Of a stretch of DNA of 64,000 bases, positions 1 through 11,919 are shown one piece after another; position 1 is the first letter of the stretch, and each line of letters begins with the position of its first letter. The position numbers and the translations under genes were made by a program. The stretch is from Candidatus Thorarchaeota archaeon (lineage in GTDB: Archaea; Asgardarchaeota; Thorarchaeia; Thorarchaeales; Thorarchaeaceae): positions 1-64,000 of the forward strand of contig CAVSBO010000005.1 of assembly GCA_963726195.1 (NCBI GenBank), in the 5' to 3' direction. The notes beneath the pieces were generated by a model. It searched no databases, was not told where the DNA came from, and saw only the letters and a program-made list of their open reading frames with translations.

Positions 1-2
1 TT

Positions 3-2596
3 CCTGACTTTGAGATGGCACTCCCGATGCTGGACACAGGCAGACTTGCAGACATTTCGTTCCCAAGAGTGATACTTCCCTACAAGTTACCCAGCACGTA
101 CACTCAGATGGAAATAGGTAGACATCAAGAGATTCCGTACAAAGACGCGGTCATCGCCAGGGTCCGCAGCGGGGAGCCGACACTGCAGGATGTTGCAGAG
201 GTACGCGCCGAATCCAGCACCCTCCCATTCCATGAGACTGTCCTGAGTACTGTGTGGAAGTCGAACGACCCACTGATGGGGCAGACGGACTTCAAACAGA
301 GCGACAACACGGTCAACAGGGCTCTGACCAGAATCCACTTTGAGCCTACAGACTCTTACATCTATTCACATGGTTCTGTGTCGCCGTTCTACTGGCAGGT
401 CTTGACTTCTAACGGTTCCTATCCAAAGATTGGTGGCAACGACCCCATGTACAAGCACTGGATGCCCGAAGTATCGGTTACCCTTCAGAGGACCGCATTC
501 GGTGGGCAGGCAACAGAGATTGGCTCCATGCTCTACGGTGACCTCTCCCAGTACACTCCCGAGTGGGGTGTGAGGGTAGACTACCTCCAGTCAATCGGCA
601 GGAGATACCTTGAGTATGGGACCTTCAGTACCACCTCCACCGCGCGCATCGGAACGCCAATATCGTTCCAAGCTGACAACTACGGGGGCGGCATACTCAG
701 TGCTACGGTCTCTCGGAGGATGTCACACGAGACCACGTTTGGGCCAACTGTTCTGTGACTGAGGCATACATCGACTACCTTGTCAGGTCGTACCACATGA
801 ACATGTGGGGCCATACCATTGTCAAGGACGCTGTCAGCTTCGCTTCTCTCTCTTACACACAAGAGGACCGGCTCGAACTGTTGAACAGCGAAGGTTGGGT
901 CGACGAAGTCGCCGCCTGCTGTCAAGACCCAGTGAGTCAGTTGTTGTTCTCACTCAGTCCTGCTGGGTCTGTTGTGTCTAGGATGATGTATTCACAGGCA
1001 TCTCAGAACCGTCTGGAGAAGATGAGCGGCACTGACAGTAGTTCGCAGGATCCACGCAACCTCGGGACCAATACATGGATACTTCGTCCCGCGGAGGGCT
1101 CAGCAAGGAGTACTACGATACCAGCAGGCTCGGCAACGGGAAGATGGACACGTTCGTCCAAGAATGGGCGGTTGACTACAATGGTGCAAACTGGTACTGG
1201 GACCCCAACTACGGCGGCATCAACGAGGCAGGAACAGGTATCCAACGTACAGAGACAGTTCGAACCTTGAGCAGCCCTGCGTTCAGACCATGTTCATGAA
1301 TAACGAATCAATCAAGGTCAGGCCCAGCTTATACGAATCCTCCACCTCTGACCCCGACTCCCCAACATTCAGCATATGGTGGACCGGCAACTACCTGAAA
1401 TCGCCGGGCACGATATACCGACATCAAGCAATCCGCGGTAAGAGCGTAACGATTGGGCTGGACTGGAAAACGCACTTGCAGGGTACTCTCAGGTCTACGC
1501 CAACATAACCGTGCAGACTTCGAAGGGTCTCGGCCAGAGATTCCAAATCAACAGGATTGTGACAAGGGCACAAGGGAGCATAACGATAGACCTCTCTCAA
1601 CTGGTCAATGAGAAGACAGGTCTTCCCATATGGGTCTCGACAGACTCTGAGTTCCTATCTCCTGTCATAATCGTCACTCTGTACGAGAGGAATCCATCTC
1701 AAGAATGCAGCGACATTGTACAATGCGTTCGCAACATGCTCTATATCAATGTCTACTATCTGCGGGCTGAGCTCGACAGCAAGTACCTTGACACATACTT
1801 CGCGAAGCAACAGCAAGCGGCAAGAGATGAGATGAACACAAGGAAGCTCATGTGTGTCATAGGTGCAGGAATGATCATTGTGTCACCATGGGTCGGGCCC
1901 GAATCAGCCATATTTGGCATTGATTTTATCACGCAGGCCGTCACTGGGAAGTCCATGTTTGATTGGGCGATTCAGGCCGGTATGAGGGCCTTTGGTGTGA
2001 ACTCGAAGTTTGTGGATAGTTTCAGTTTCTGGCACTTCACATCCGACACAGGAACAGACCTAATACTCATGGAGGCGGCGTGTCTTGGCATCTCGGGCAT
2101 TACTGCGGCCGCGCGAAATGCGGCTTTTGGTGCCTTTTGGGGAGTGGCAGGGGGCGTGGGCATCGGAGGGATAGTCAGGTCATCTCTCACAGCTGTGTAC
2201 AACGGGCTCAAAGGTGCTATTGCAGGAATGTTTGCGAAAGGCATTGTCCGAGGTGCGGTCTCGGCTGCAGGGAATTTCATGTTCAAGACATTCAATCTCG
2301 CACTAGTTATACTGGCCTTCTCCGGCCTCGACAGCGATAGCCGTGCCGCGCAGCCCTTCTTCGGTGTGTTCGGACAGTTCGGCAAGTACCTATTTGCAGC
2401 CGTGATGTTGGCATCCATGGCGACAGGTCCGTTGCTAAAGATGAAGTATCCTACTGGGGGCGCACTTCGATTGGCTGCTGAAGCCAATGCTGATGGTGTC
2501 AGGGCTGCAAGGTACATTCAACTGCTTTCTTTCCTGATGCCATTTTGCGTGCTAAAGGCATACTGCGTGCTACTGGCGGGACTACGTGGAGGATGA
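3..2596 (+). CDS. 3' portion of a very large hypothetical protein, broken into five ORF pieces by apparent single-base frameshifts; Gly/Ala-rich hydrophobic C-terminal domain
   Basis: Frame is open from the window edge. ORFs 15-758, 755-1270, 1075-1299, 1290-1508 and 1511-2596 are same-strand and abutting or overlapping. One extra G in the G run at 684-688 joins the first two. The last ~250 aa are multiple hydrophobic helices. Confidence 0.55.
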
Positions 2597-3381
2597 GGAA
2601 TTGAATCGCAAATTCAAGGCATTGGGATTTATGACAATCATCGCACTAGCGGGAACCACTGTCCTGTTGGTGGTAGATCCCTATGGCCTGAGCTTCCACT
2701 CAGAGATGCGCTTCTCAACCTCAAGTAGAGACGCATATAACATACAGGTTGGATTGCTGAACTTGAGGGACTGTCGCCTGAGTGTTTCGTTTGTGAATGA
2801 TACAGACCTGATATACCGAATGAATATAGTGCTGTTTACCGCGACTCTCATGAGCTCGGCATTCAAGCTCACATCACGGCACGGTGGAACACCAATCGGA
2901 TGGTTCATTGAGCTTGATGGGTATTTGCCCATGAGGTCTCTGGACCTTGTTCTTGGCATGGGTCTTCCCTATGATATTTTAATCACAGGCACAAACCTCA
3001 CGTCGAAGGTGGTCTACGGAAACGGTTCGCGGCTTACTTGGGTCTTTCCCGGGGGAAACGAGAACCGACCCATCTAGTTTCCGATACGATGCAACTGGTA
3101 GCCTTCAGTTCTACTTCCTTCAGGATGTCAACTTCACCAGTCGTGGACTCTCCGCTTCGATTGGACGCTACGGGTCAAGACCATCAACAACCTTCTTCAT
3201 CACGCTGCCAGAGGGGTTGAAAGGGGCGTTCAGTCCATGGGCGAGTGAGCACGTAGAGATCATGCTTAGCGGCAGGTGGGTCTTGGAAGAAGCAGGACTA
3301 TATGCCACGCGTGAAGGATACACCGACCCTTATCTAGGAATCAGCGTGTCCAGTCCGGACCTCGTTGCTTACTTGGGCTAG
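2586..3381 (+). CDS. Membrane-anchored hypothetical protein (frameshift near 3035)
   Basis: N-terminal TM helix in ORF 2586-3077. A second frame stays open from before 3035 (GSFPGETRTDPSSFRYDATGSLQF...LVAYLG) to TAG at 3379-3381. Confidence 0.55.
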
Positions 3382-3424
3382 CGTGTCAACTCCATGGGCG
3401 GACATAGGACAGACAACGTCTCGA

Positions 3425-3709
3425 CTGGCCATGTTGGTGCTCTTTCGACTTGATAGTGAAAACCCCTCTGCACAGCCCTTCTTCGGAATCTTCGGACAGC
3501 TGCGCAAGTACCTCTTCGTCGGAATGATGTTGGGTTCTATGGCGACTGGTCCATTGCTTAGGATGAAGTATCCTACTGCAGGTGCTCTTCGATTAGCTGC
3601 CGAGGCCAACGCTTATGGAGTCACGGTTGCGGGTTACATGCAACTGCTTTCCTTCCTGATGCCGCTTTCCGTGCTCAAGGCGTACTGCGTTCTGTTAGTG
3701 GCATCATGA
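3425..3709 (+). pseudogene. Orphan diverged copy of the C-terminal ~90 aa of the large protein
   Basis: AQPFFGIFGQLRKYLFVGMMLGSMATGPLLRMKYPTAGALRLAAEANA...LLSFLMPLSVLKAYCVLL aligns without gaps to the end of ORF 1511-2596. Many differences are synonymous. Confidence 0.75.
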
Positions 3710-3747
3710 TAGATTCACACTGAGCCGTGTCGGTGGAGCCCGACCCA

Positions 3748-4692
3748 TTAGGGACGAATGGTGATTTGGAGGCTGACACATAGGTCTTTGTACCTATTGC
3801 GAACAGTTACTTCAGTGACGTTGGACGCCTCAGCAATTTCCCTCTGAGTGCGTCTATCGTTCTCGATTATTCCCGCAATGTAGAGCGCAGCAGCTGCTAG
3901 GCCACCCGGATCTTTGCCTGCGGTGAGACCGTGCTGTCTGGCTTTGTTAATGATGTCCATTGCGCATTGCAGAGTCTTGCCGTCAAGGGACAGGTCCGCA
4001 GAGATTCGCGGCATGAGATCATTTGCTGACGGGATCGGGACCCTGATGTCAACATTGCGTAGAATGAGTCTCACGCACTGGCCAAGTTCCTTCCTATTCA
4101 CTCTTGCCTCAGTGACTATTTCGTCCAACTGTCTGGGAATCTTGTGAATGCGACACGACAGGTATATTCCAGCCGCTACCATGCCTTCGATGCTTCTTCC
4201 TCGGACTAGGCGTCTGCCAAGGGCTTTTCTGTAAATGAGGGCTGCAGTCTCCTTTGTCTCTCCCGGAATACCGAGCTGTGAAGTGAGCCTATCCATCTCG
4301 CTCATAGCAATGCTCAGGTTCCGATGCTGAGAGCTGTGGACGAGAGTTCTAATCTGCCACTTCCGCATTCTGTAGATCGCTGCCCTGTTGTTTGCAGCAA
4401 TAGAACGACCGTTGGCATCCCTGTCGCTCCACCCTATGGTCGTGGCTAGACCCTTGTCTGCCATGGTGAGCGTCGAGGGCGATCCAGTTCTGGCCCTGGC
4501 ATTCTTTTCTTCAGCAGTGAATGCCCTCCATTCTGGTCCAGTGTCCATGATTCTGTCATTGATGACACAACCGCAGGAGATGCAGATGTTCTCTCCTCTG
4601 GTGAGGTCCTCGTAGAACTGGCTTCCACCGCATATGGAACACACTGCTAGGCCTTGTCGCTTGTCGGCCATAGCGCGGGCTGGTTTTGCCAT
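3748..4692 (-). CDS. tfb: Transcription initiation factor IIB (TFB)
   Basis: N-terminal CxxC...CxxC zinc ribbon, DTGPEWRAF B-reader motif, two cyclin repeats (GRSIE, GKDPGGLAAAALY, TQREIAE..VTEVTVRNRYK). Confidence 0.97.
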   Translation of the reverse strand: MAKPARAMADKRQGLAVCSICGGSQFYEDLTRGENICISCGCVINDRIMDTGPEWRAFTAEEKNARARTGSPSTLTMADKGLATTIGWSDRDANGRSIAANNRAAIYRMRKWQIRTLVHSSQHRNLSIAMSEMDRLTSQLGIPGETKETAALIYRKALGRRLVRGRSIEGMVAAGIYLSCRIHKIPRQLDEIVTEARVNRKELGQCVRLILRNVDIRVPIPSANDLMPRISADLSLDGKTLQCAMDIINKARQHGLTAGKDPGGLAAAALYIAGIIENDRRTQREIAEASNVTEVTVRNRYKDLCVSLQITIRP

Positions 4693-4802
4693 ATCGATTC
4701 ACCTTCATTCGCCCTCCCCGGCGATTTGGGCCCAGATTTGGGAACCAACAATCAGCAAACAAAACTGCTGTCGGGGAGAGCTATTCCGTGACGGAGTTAT
4801 TT

Positions 4803-4812
4803 GCATATATAA
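4803..4812 (-). promoter_or_regulatory. Candidate TATA box for tfb
   Basis: TTATATATGC on the minus strand ~110 nt upstream of the tfb ATG. Confidence 0.35.
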
Positions 4813-4995
4813 GCTTAAGCGTATGCATGCCTTTTACGGCCACTCTGACTCCAGAGTGAGGACGTTAGCTAAACCAATGCTCACCGAACTTTAATCATTT
4901 TAAAGAAAGCCAGGCGGATGAGCTCATTGGTGCTCGGTAAATCCGCCCGAATCTCTGGATTTGAGTCCCAGAAGTATCACTCGATGTCTTTGTTC

Positions 4996-5574
4996 CTAGT
5001 CGATGCATGACCAATTGTTGACTATCTCCTCTGGGATTACGTGGATGTTATCGTAGTATACTGTTCCGTCGTCGAGCACAATTTTTGACTGAGCCACCTT
5101 AAACAGTCCTTCGCTTCTACCTAGGAGGTAGCCTGCCAGATACTGTACGGGCACTCGTTGCTGGTCAGCGTCTTCTTTGGACATGGCACAGCACTCGACT
5201 CCGGGGCTCTCAAATACGACCTCTATCTTCTCATGTTCGGAACATGCGTTGCTACGAACGAGACGCTTAGAGCTATCGAGCCGGTCATCTCCAGTCACAG
5301 CAAGGACTCTGTCCCTGTCATAATGGAATGGTTCTCCGGCGAGTTTATGGATAGATGGCGCCATATAGACAGTCTTCTCGGCAACCTGATCTGGTTCGTC
5401 ATTGCCGCTATCTACGAATCTTCTGTCATCGCTCTCGCCAACGACATAATGAACATAGTAGCGCCTGGCATCCACTTGCTTGTCGTCATCGCCATCCTTG
5501 ACGGTGACCCTAGTATCGTCCCATGCTTCTATGGGAACGAACGGATTTGTTGGTACGTTTTTCATCACAATCAC
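4996..5574 (-). CDS. Hypothetical protein (acidic, 192 aa)
   Basis: Long ORF with normal composition and a TTATAA element ~40 nt upstream. Confidence 0.7.
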   Translation of the reverse strand: MIVMKNVPTNPFVPIEAWDDTRVTVKDGDDDKQVDARRYYVHYVVGESDDRRFVDSGNDEPDQVAEKTVYMAPSIHKLAGEPFHYDRDRVLAVTGDDRLDSSKRLVRSNACSEHEKIEVVFESPGVECCAMSKEDADQQRVPVQYLAGYLLGRSEGLFKVAQSKIVLDDGTVYYDNIHVIPEEIVNNWSCID

Positions 5575-5734
5575 CTTTGCCTTAACTATTGTTAATCATC
5601 TCCTTCTCGCCTTATAACCTTATAGCATTGTGAGCTCTCAGTTGCCTCTCCGTTGCAGAATCCTTTGACGCGCAACCCTTGCCACAAGCATTGCTTTATT
5701 CAGGCCCGGCCGCCGTTCGAATCGGTCCTGTCCA

Positions 5735-6343
5735 TTGAAAGAGTACTTGATTATCGTGCTGTGCGTCACGCTGTTTGGCCTTCAACACAGCGGGCTGTCG
5801 GCATTAAGGATCAAGTCGAGAATAGTTGGCAGGTGGGGTACTTCTGGCTACGCAAACATATACAAGGGAACAAGCATCATTGCACTCGTTCCCCCGTTCT
5901 TGTCCATGAATTTCTGGGATTGGTTCTATTTCATTCAATCTCCCGAATCAGTCAATCCTCTTTACCTCGTGATTGGACTTGCGCTAATAGCAGGAGGTCT
6001 CGCGATAGCGACCGCGGCTTCTAGAGTGCTTTCCGTGAGCACCGTCGCTGACATGCGAACGGATAGGAAAGCTGAGTTGGTTACCCGTGGCATCTACGGA
6101 CGCGTGCGCCATCCATTGTACTTGGCCACAATCCTCCTGTTTCTTTCATTGATTGCTGTGTATCCTTTTCTGCCAGTCGCAGTCTTCTCTCTTTCATTCT
6201 GTATCTACATCTTGATTGGAGCCCGACTCGAAGAGAGAAAGCTGATTGTCCGCTACGGGCAGGAGTATCTAGAGTACCGCAAGAAAGCCGGGTTCATGCT
6301 GCCGTCGAGAGGAACCAAACAAACGATTATGCACTCCGCTTAA
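5735..6343 (+). CDS. Isoprenylcysteine carboxylmethyltransferase (ICMT/Ste14/nurim-like) family membrane protein
   Basis: LVTRGIYGRVRHPLY and EERKLIVRYGQEYLEYRKK motifs, several TM helices. Confidence 0.88.
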   Translation: MKEYLIIVLCVTLFGLQHSGLSALRIKSRIVGRWGTSGYANIYKGTSIIALVPPFLSMNFWDWFYFIQSPESVNPLYLVIGLALIAGGLAIATAASRVLSVSTVADMRTDRKAELVTRGIYGRVRHPLYLATILLFLSLIAVYPFLPVAVFSLSFCIYILIGARLEERKLIVRYGQEYLEYRKKAGFMLPSRGTKQTIMHSA

Positions 6344-6397
6344 CATCGAAACTGGAAAAGAAGGGGAGGATTTGAGTTACTCCTCCCTCTTCGGAGC

Positions 6398-6766
6398 TTA
6401 TTTCACTTGGTTAATGAAAATACCGCCAAGCGTTATCAGAAGGCCAGCGCCAATAGCTATGAAGTCAGTAAGCAAGGGCCCACCAGCTATCATAACGATG
6501 AATCCGATAATCATTACTACCAAGCCAGAGGTCAAGCGCATTGTCTTTTCTTTAGTGAAGTATCCCATGGATGCAAAGACTAGGACCAAGATGGCAAAGA
6601 TGACTCCGAGAATTCCGACGAGTTCATCGTGCTCTATTATTAGATACACGATAGCATCGACAAGTGTAATGATTGCACCGAATAGGCTAAGAACAAATCC
6701 TATTATTGGTTTTGCATTTGCCGTTGACGTATTTCTCTCTCCTATGCTCTTGTCAAAGGACGCCAT
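6398..6766 (-). CDS. Small 4-TM membrane protein
   Basis: Four hydrophobic segments; likely start at MASFDK (ORF track extends to 6808). Confidence 0.7.
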   Translation of the reverse strand: MASFDKSIGERNTSTANAKPIIGFVLSLFGAIITLVDAIVYLIIEHDELVGILGVIFAILVLVFASMGYFTKEKTMRLTSGLVVMIIGFIVMIAGGPLLTDFIAIGAGLLITLGGIFINQVK

Positions 6767-7048
6767 GATGTGCTCGCCACATCTTAGATTGTTGGAAGAG
6801 GGCTTCACCTGTTATTAAGCCTGATTATCGTCGGCTCCCTTAACGAGTACAAGACTAGGGACATGCTCCCCGCTTACATACGACCAAGTAAAGAGGTAAG
6901 CATACTTCAGGAACGTTTTGAGAACTTTCTTCAGATTGATCTGATTGGCGTTTGTCGACCATTTCCCCGGAATAACTACGTTGCCAACTCGCTTCTCGAG
7001 ACGAACACCCTGCCCTTCCAAGAACCAAAGAACTCACGTAGACCGGAC

Positions 7049-7992
7049 CTACCATTTCCTTCTCTTTGGCACTATCTTCTCTTCAGTAGACTCCGCTTCA
7101 ACTCGCTGCTCGGCTACTGGTGTTGCGATTCTTCCGATGATATCTCCTTCGAATACGTAATTCATCTCGCTAAGTGAGAACAACTCTGCCGTCATATGGT
7201 GACATTATGTGGCCCTTGTCCTGAATCTGGCCGATGACATCATTGCGGCGGACAGCTTCGCCTGGACGCGTTGTGGGAACGAAGAACCCTTCTGCATCTG
7301 AGTTGACTGATTGCATTCTTCCAGCAAGAACACAAGATGTTCTCGATTTTCTCCCCCGGAATCATGTCCTTTATTCTCAGGAAGTTGAGTATTGCCTCCC
7401 TTACTTCCACGGCCGCTTGCGGTTCGACTTGATACCTGTTTCCTCTGGTCTCAATAGTGACGACCGCAATCCCCTCATGTGCCGCTTCCGTGGTAAGCGA
7501 ACCTCTGCTTCCAGATGCTTGAACGACGAGTGGCAGACCGATCTGTGTGGCCATATTCCTCACGTGGATGTATTCACGATGCATCGCGACCATATGACTC
7601 ATGCACGACTGCCATCCTGTACGGAGGCTTATCACGTAGTCAGCTTGAGAAACTCTTCTCCATATTTCCCAAGCAGTGTGCTGCGTTACAGTTCCTCTTT
7701 CATCACCAGGGAACACAGTGTCAAGATCAAGGGAGTCCAGAGGAGATAATTTCGCCCCAAGTCGAAACGATAATGGGTTTGCTACGGGCAACAAGGTGAG
7801 CGAGCCATCAATCCTCGCTAATCCCTCCAAGTGCTTCATTATCAGGTAGGTGGCATATACTCCTGTTGCCGACGAGCCATCCATCGCGGAGAGAATGAAA
7901 ACGTTTGGACGATCTGCACCGAATCTGTAGAATCCAAGAGTGTTGCCGGTCTTCGCGTCTATATCAACAGCATCCACTTCTGGTTTGACCAT
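7049..7992 (-). CDS. Succinylglutamate desuccinylase/aspartoacylase (AstE/AspA, M14) family protein; two apparent frameshifts (~7345, ~7187)
   Basis: LTLLPVANP, DLDTVFPGDERGT, ADYVISL motifs. After the shifts it continues AEGFFVPTTRPGEAV...YVFEGDIIGRIA...RRKW* (TAG 7049-7051). The usual zinc-binding His residues look degenerate (MDGSS, SLRTG). Confidence 0.75.
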
Positions 7993-8111
7993 GTGGGGGC
8001 CTTCTTCACACTGCTGTGGTCTTTTCGGCCTCACTCAATATGAAGGGGTGTATAACATGAGTTCTGATACGCGGCCAAACTGCAAGTTGTTCATCTCTCG
8101 ACGCGAGTTCG

Positions 8112-8759
8112 CTATGAGAACCATTTCTCCTTGCAGTTGAAAAGAAATACGTCGCTCACGAATTTTCCCTCAGCAAATGAATCATGCCGGCACAATGCGT
8201 AACGGCTGTGTTTCTCGATGTACTTTTTCTTGAAGAGGTCAACATGGCCGCACTGTTCTGGGTTTCCAATCCAAGCGGTTGGTACTCTCTTGTCAATTGC
8301 CTTCAACCCGGTCTCCGACAGAAATGGCTCCCAGCTGATTACGAGAAAGGACGGGTGATAATGTTCGATTGAATCAAGTGCGTCCATCTTCTCCACCCAT
8401 TTGGGGTATGCTATGTCATAGCGTCCATCCTTGCTGTCGGTTGCAGTGATCTCACGATTGACCAGCGGCCTAAGAAACTCAGTGAGTCTTCCATCGCCTG
8501 CCATGACTTCCAACACAGGTCCCTTACCTCGTGTGGAGACAAGAGCCTCTCGGATTACTTCTGCCAGCTCCGCGACAAACTCTTTGTTGAATATCTGGAA
8601 GACCCACCTCCCTCCCGCATTAGAGCCATTGCAATACTCCTTGACATCAGCTTCGGCCTCCACTGTCTGGAAGAATGACAGGGCCTGATCATAGGTGAGG
8701 AGGTCCTTGTGGATATCTATGAACTCCCCGGTTGAGTCTCTCATCCAACTGGTATCCAT
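8112..8759 (-). CDS. SAM-dependent methyltransferase-like protein
   Basis: Motif I VLEVMAGDGRL followed by ITATD. Confidence 0.7.
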   Translation of the reverse strand: MDTSWMRDSTGEFIDIHKDLLTYDQALSFFQTVEAEADVKEYCNGSNAGGRWVFQIFNKEFVAELAEVIREALVSTRGKGPVLEVMAGDGRLTEFLRPLVNREITATDSKDGRYDIAYPKWVEKMDALDSIEHYHPSFLVISWEPFLSETGLKAIDKRVPTAWIGNPEQCGHVDLFKKKYIEKHSRYALCRHDSFAEGKFVSDVFLFNCKEKWFS

Positions 8760-8989
8760 GCGTGCCTTGCCACCGACGACCTTTTCATCCTATTCGCGTC
8801 GATGCGAACTGATTGGCCAAATCCAGTCATCCAAAGCTCTATTAAGATGCCATTGCGTGCGAGTGTTCGAGTGAGCCAAGGATGGATTGTCTTCTCAGGT
8901 CATAGACGACACTGTTTCTGCGTTTCCTTTATAGCACGTATGGCTTGTGGCTCCTCCAATTCCGTAGACATTAGCCGAGGCTTCCACAA

Positions 8990-11892
8990 ATGAGTGAGTA
9001 CGTCAAGGTTGAGAAGAAATGGCAAAAGCGTTGGGAACAAGAAAGGATTTTCGAAGCTGACCCTGACCCGAAGAAGCCGAAGTTCTTCATCACTGTTCCA
9101 TATCCTTACACCAACGGCGCTCTGCATATCGGCCACGGCAGGACCTACACTATAGGCGACCTGATAGCTAGATACAAGCGCATGCGAGGATACAATGTTC
9201 TCTTTCCAATGGCATCGCACATGACGGGCACGCCAATCGTGGGAATGGTAGAAAGGATCAAGGCAGGCGACCATGATGCGATTGAACAGTACAAGCGAGA
9301 CTTGAGGCTCTATCTTGGCACTGAGGAAGAAGTAGATGCTCAGCTAAAGAAGTTCACAGATCCATGGGTCACGGCCAAGTTCTTCGCCGACGTAATCTCT
9401 GCAGATTTCAAGGCACTCGGCTACAGCATAGACTGGCGAAGGAAGTTCACAACAGGAGACCGGATTTACAATCAGTTCGTTACATGGCAGTATCATAAGT
9501 TCATGGACAAAGGCTACATTCGCCAGGGGGCCTACCCAATTCTGTACTGCCCTCATGACGGCAATCCTGTGGGCGAGGACGACCTGCTCAAAGGCGAAGA
9601 CGCCAAGATTAAAGAATTCACTGCGATCAAGTTTGGTTTTCAGGACGGATTTCTAGTTCCCGCGACACTGCGACCCGAAACCATCTTTGGTGTCACTAAC
9701 ATGTGGATAAACCCCAGTTCGACTTATGTCTGGGCGCGTGTCGACGGCGAGAAGTGGTTGATTTCACAAGCGGCGGCCGAGAAGCTGAAGCTGCAGGCAA
9801 AGAAGGTGGAGATTCTTGAGACCTTCCCGGGGCGAAAATCATCGGCAAGAAGTTTCGTGCTGTACATGACCAGCATGAGATGCCAATTCTCCCAGCTGAC
9901 TTCGTCGATGCAGACAACGCTACTGGTGTGGTCTACTCAGTTCCTGGGCACGCACCGTTCGACTACATAGCTCTGCGAAATCTCTGGGATAACCCATCAA
10001 GTGTAGCGAGGTTCGGAATATCCGCGGACAGTATTCGGGCCATCAAGATGATTGGCATGATTGCCATCGAAGGCTACGGCGAGTTTCCAGCAAAAGACAC
10101 AGTGGAGAAACGAGACATCAAGTCACAGGCTGAAGCGGAGAATCTCGAGGAGGCAACTCAGGAGATATACAAGGCAGAATTCTACAGCGGAGTAATGAAG
10201 GACAACTGCGGTCAGTTCTCGGGTCGTGCCATCAAGGATGTCAAGGATCAGGTTGTCGCATGGATGAAGTCGAAGAAACTCTGCGACGTTTTCTACGAGC
10301 CTGACCGACGCCCTGTTGTATGCAAGTGTGGAACCAATGTTCAGGTCGGCGTTTTTGCAGGTCAATGGTTTTTAGATTACCTCAGTCCAGGTTGGAAGGA
10401 AACGGCACGCCAAGCACTCGATACGATGTCAATAATCCCTGAAACGTTTAGGAATCAATTCGAAGCGACTTTCGATTGGCTGACCCAGAGACCTTGTGCC
10501 CGTAAGAGAGGCATAGGAACCAGACTCCCATTCGACCCTGACTGGATAATCGAATCACTGTCAGACTCAACGATCTACATGGCATTCTATACAATCGCCC
10601 ACAAGATAACTGGCAACAACCTGAAACCAGAACAGCTCACCCTGGGCTTCTTCGATTATGTGTTCTTGGGCAAGGGGACTCTGAAGGATGTCTCGAAGGA
10701 GACAGGAATAGAATCTACTCTGCTCAAGTCTATGCGTGAAGAGTTCCTCTATTGGTATCCCAACGATCAACGGCACACAGCCCCATCACACATATCGAAC
10801 CATCTCAGCTTCGCCATTTTTCATCACGTAGCCATATTTCCGAAGGAGCATTGGCTCAAGTGCATCAGTCTCAATGAGCACGTGAACATGGAAGGCATGA
10901 AGATGTCCAAAAGCAAGGGGAACGTAATCCCTCTTGTTGAGATTCCCAAGAAATACGGGGCAGATGTCTATCGAACCTACGTAGTATCGGCCGCAGAGCC
11001 CGGCACGCTCATGGATTGGCGAGAGAAAGATGTGCCCACCGTGAAGAGCAAGGTGAACCAGTTCACCGAGACAGTCAGCAAGTATGCGACCAAGGTTCCT
11101 CGTGTCTATACCAAGAAGGACAAGCCCACGATGATTACCCGCTGGCTGCTATCCAAGGTGAACACCATAGCCAAATCGTCAACAGATAGTCTTGATAGCT
11201 TCAAGCTGCGTGACTATGCATTACTGGTAATGTCGGAGATGCCACGCGTCGTCTCTTACTATCTGAATCGGACAGAGGTTCCAGCTGATGAGCAGCAGTC
11301 AACTTTGGCATATGTATGTGACATATGGGTTCGTCTGGCCGCACCTCTGGCGCCCCACATCTGCGAAGAGCTGTGGTCGAAGATGAAGCGTGAAGGATAC
11401 GTTTCACTAGCACCTTGGCCTGAGCCAGATCCCAAACTTATGGATCCGGCTGTCGAAGACGCACAGGCTGTTGTGGAGTCTACGATTCGTGACGTGCGAG
11501 AGATTGCGAAGCTCATGAAGGGCAAGAAGCCGAAGAAGGTTTACATCTATGTAGCCCCGGGATGGATGTTTGACGCCATGAAGAGTATCCGCGAAGCGAA
11601 TCTTCCAATCATAGTGGGCGACATCATGAAACACTTGATGTCGAGCCCTGAGTTCAAGCAATATGGCAAGGAAGTCAAGGGAATTGTAGACCGAATTGCA
11701 AAAGAGAACGGCCTCTGGGGTCATTCCGCAACTGCAAAGGACGAGCAGGATGTATTGAGGAGTTCGGCTTCGTACATGCAGTCTGAGCTCGGCATGGAAA
11801 TAGTCGTACGCTCAGCTGAGAAACCCGAGTACGATCCTCAGAACAAGGCGCGCTTCGCTCTGCCTGGAAGGGTATCGCTCTTCCTAGAATAG
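8990..11892 (+). CDS. leuS: Leucine--tRNA ligase, archaeal/eukaryotic type (frameshift at G run 9830-9833)
   Basis: PYPYTNGALHIGH (HIGH), TLRPETIFG, KMSKSKGN, C-terminal YDPQNKARFALPGR. One extra G joins TFPG to AKIIGKK...MPILPADFVD. Confidence 0.96.
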
Positions 11893-11919
11893 GTGTAGGC
11901 AAAGAACCCGATGGGGACT

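Noticed and set aside
750-760. TGA at 756-758 as a Sec codon
   Set aside because: The continuation is in another frame, the break is explained by the G run at 684-688, and there is no Cys-type motif.
2320-3709. Duplicated segment as a diversity-generating retroelement TR/VR pair
   Set aside because: Differences involve all bases, mostly at third codon positions rather than adenines, and there is no reverse transcriptase in the window.
6815-7021. 68-aa minus-strand ORF
   Set aside because: No motif, TTG start and no supporting evidence.
9820-9890. Naturally split or programmed-frameshift LeuRS
   Set aside because: One missing G in a homopolymer restores the frame, and similar indels occur throughout the window.
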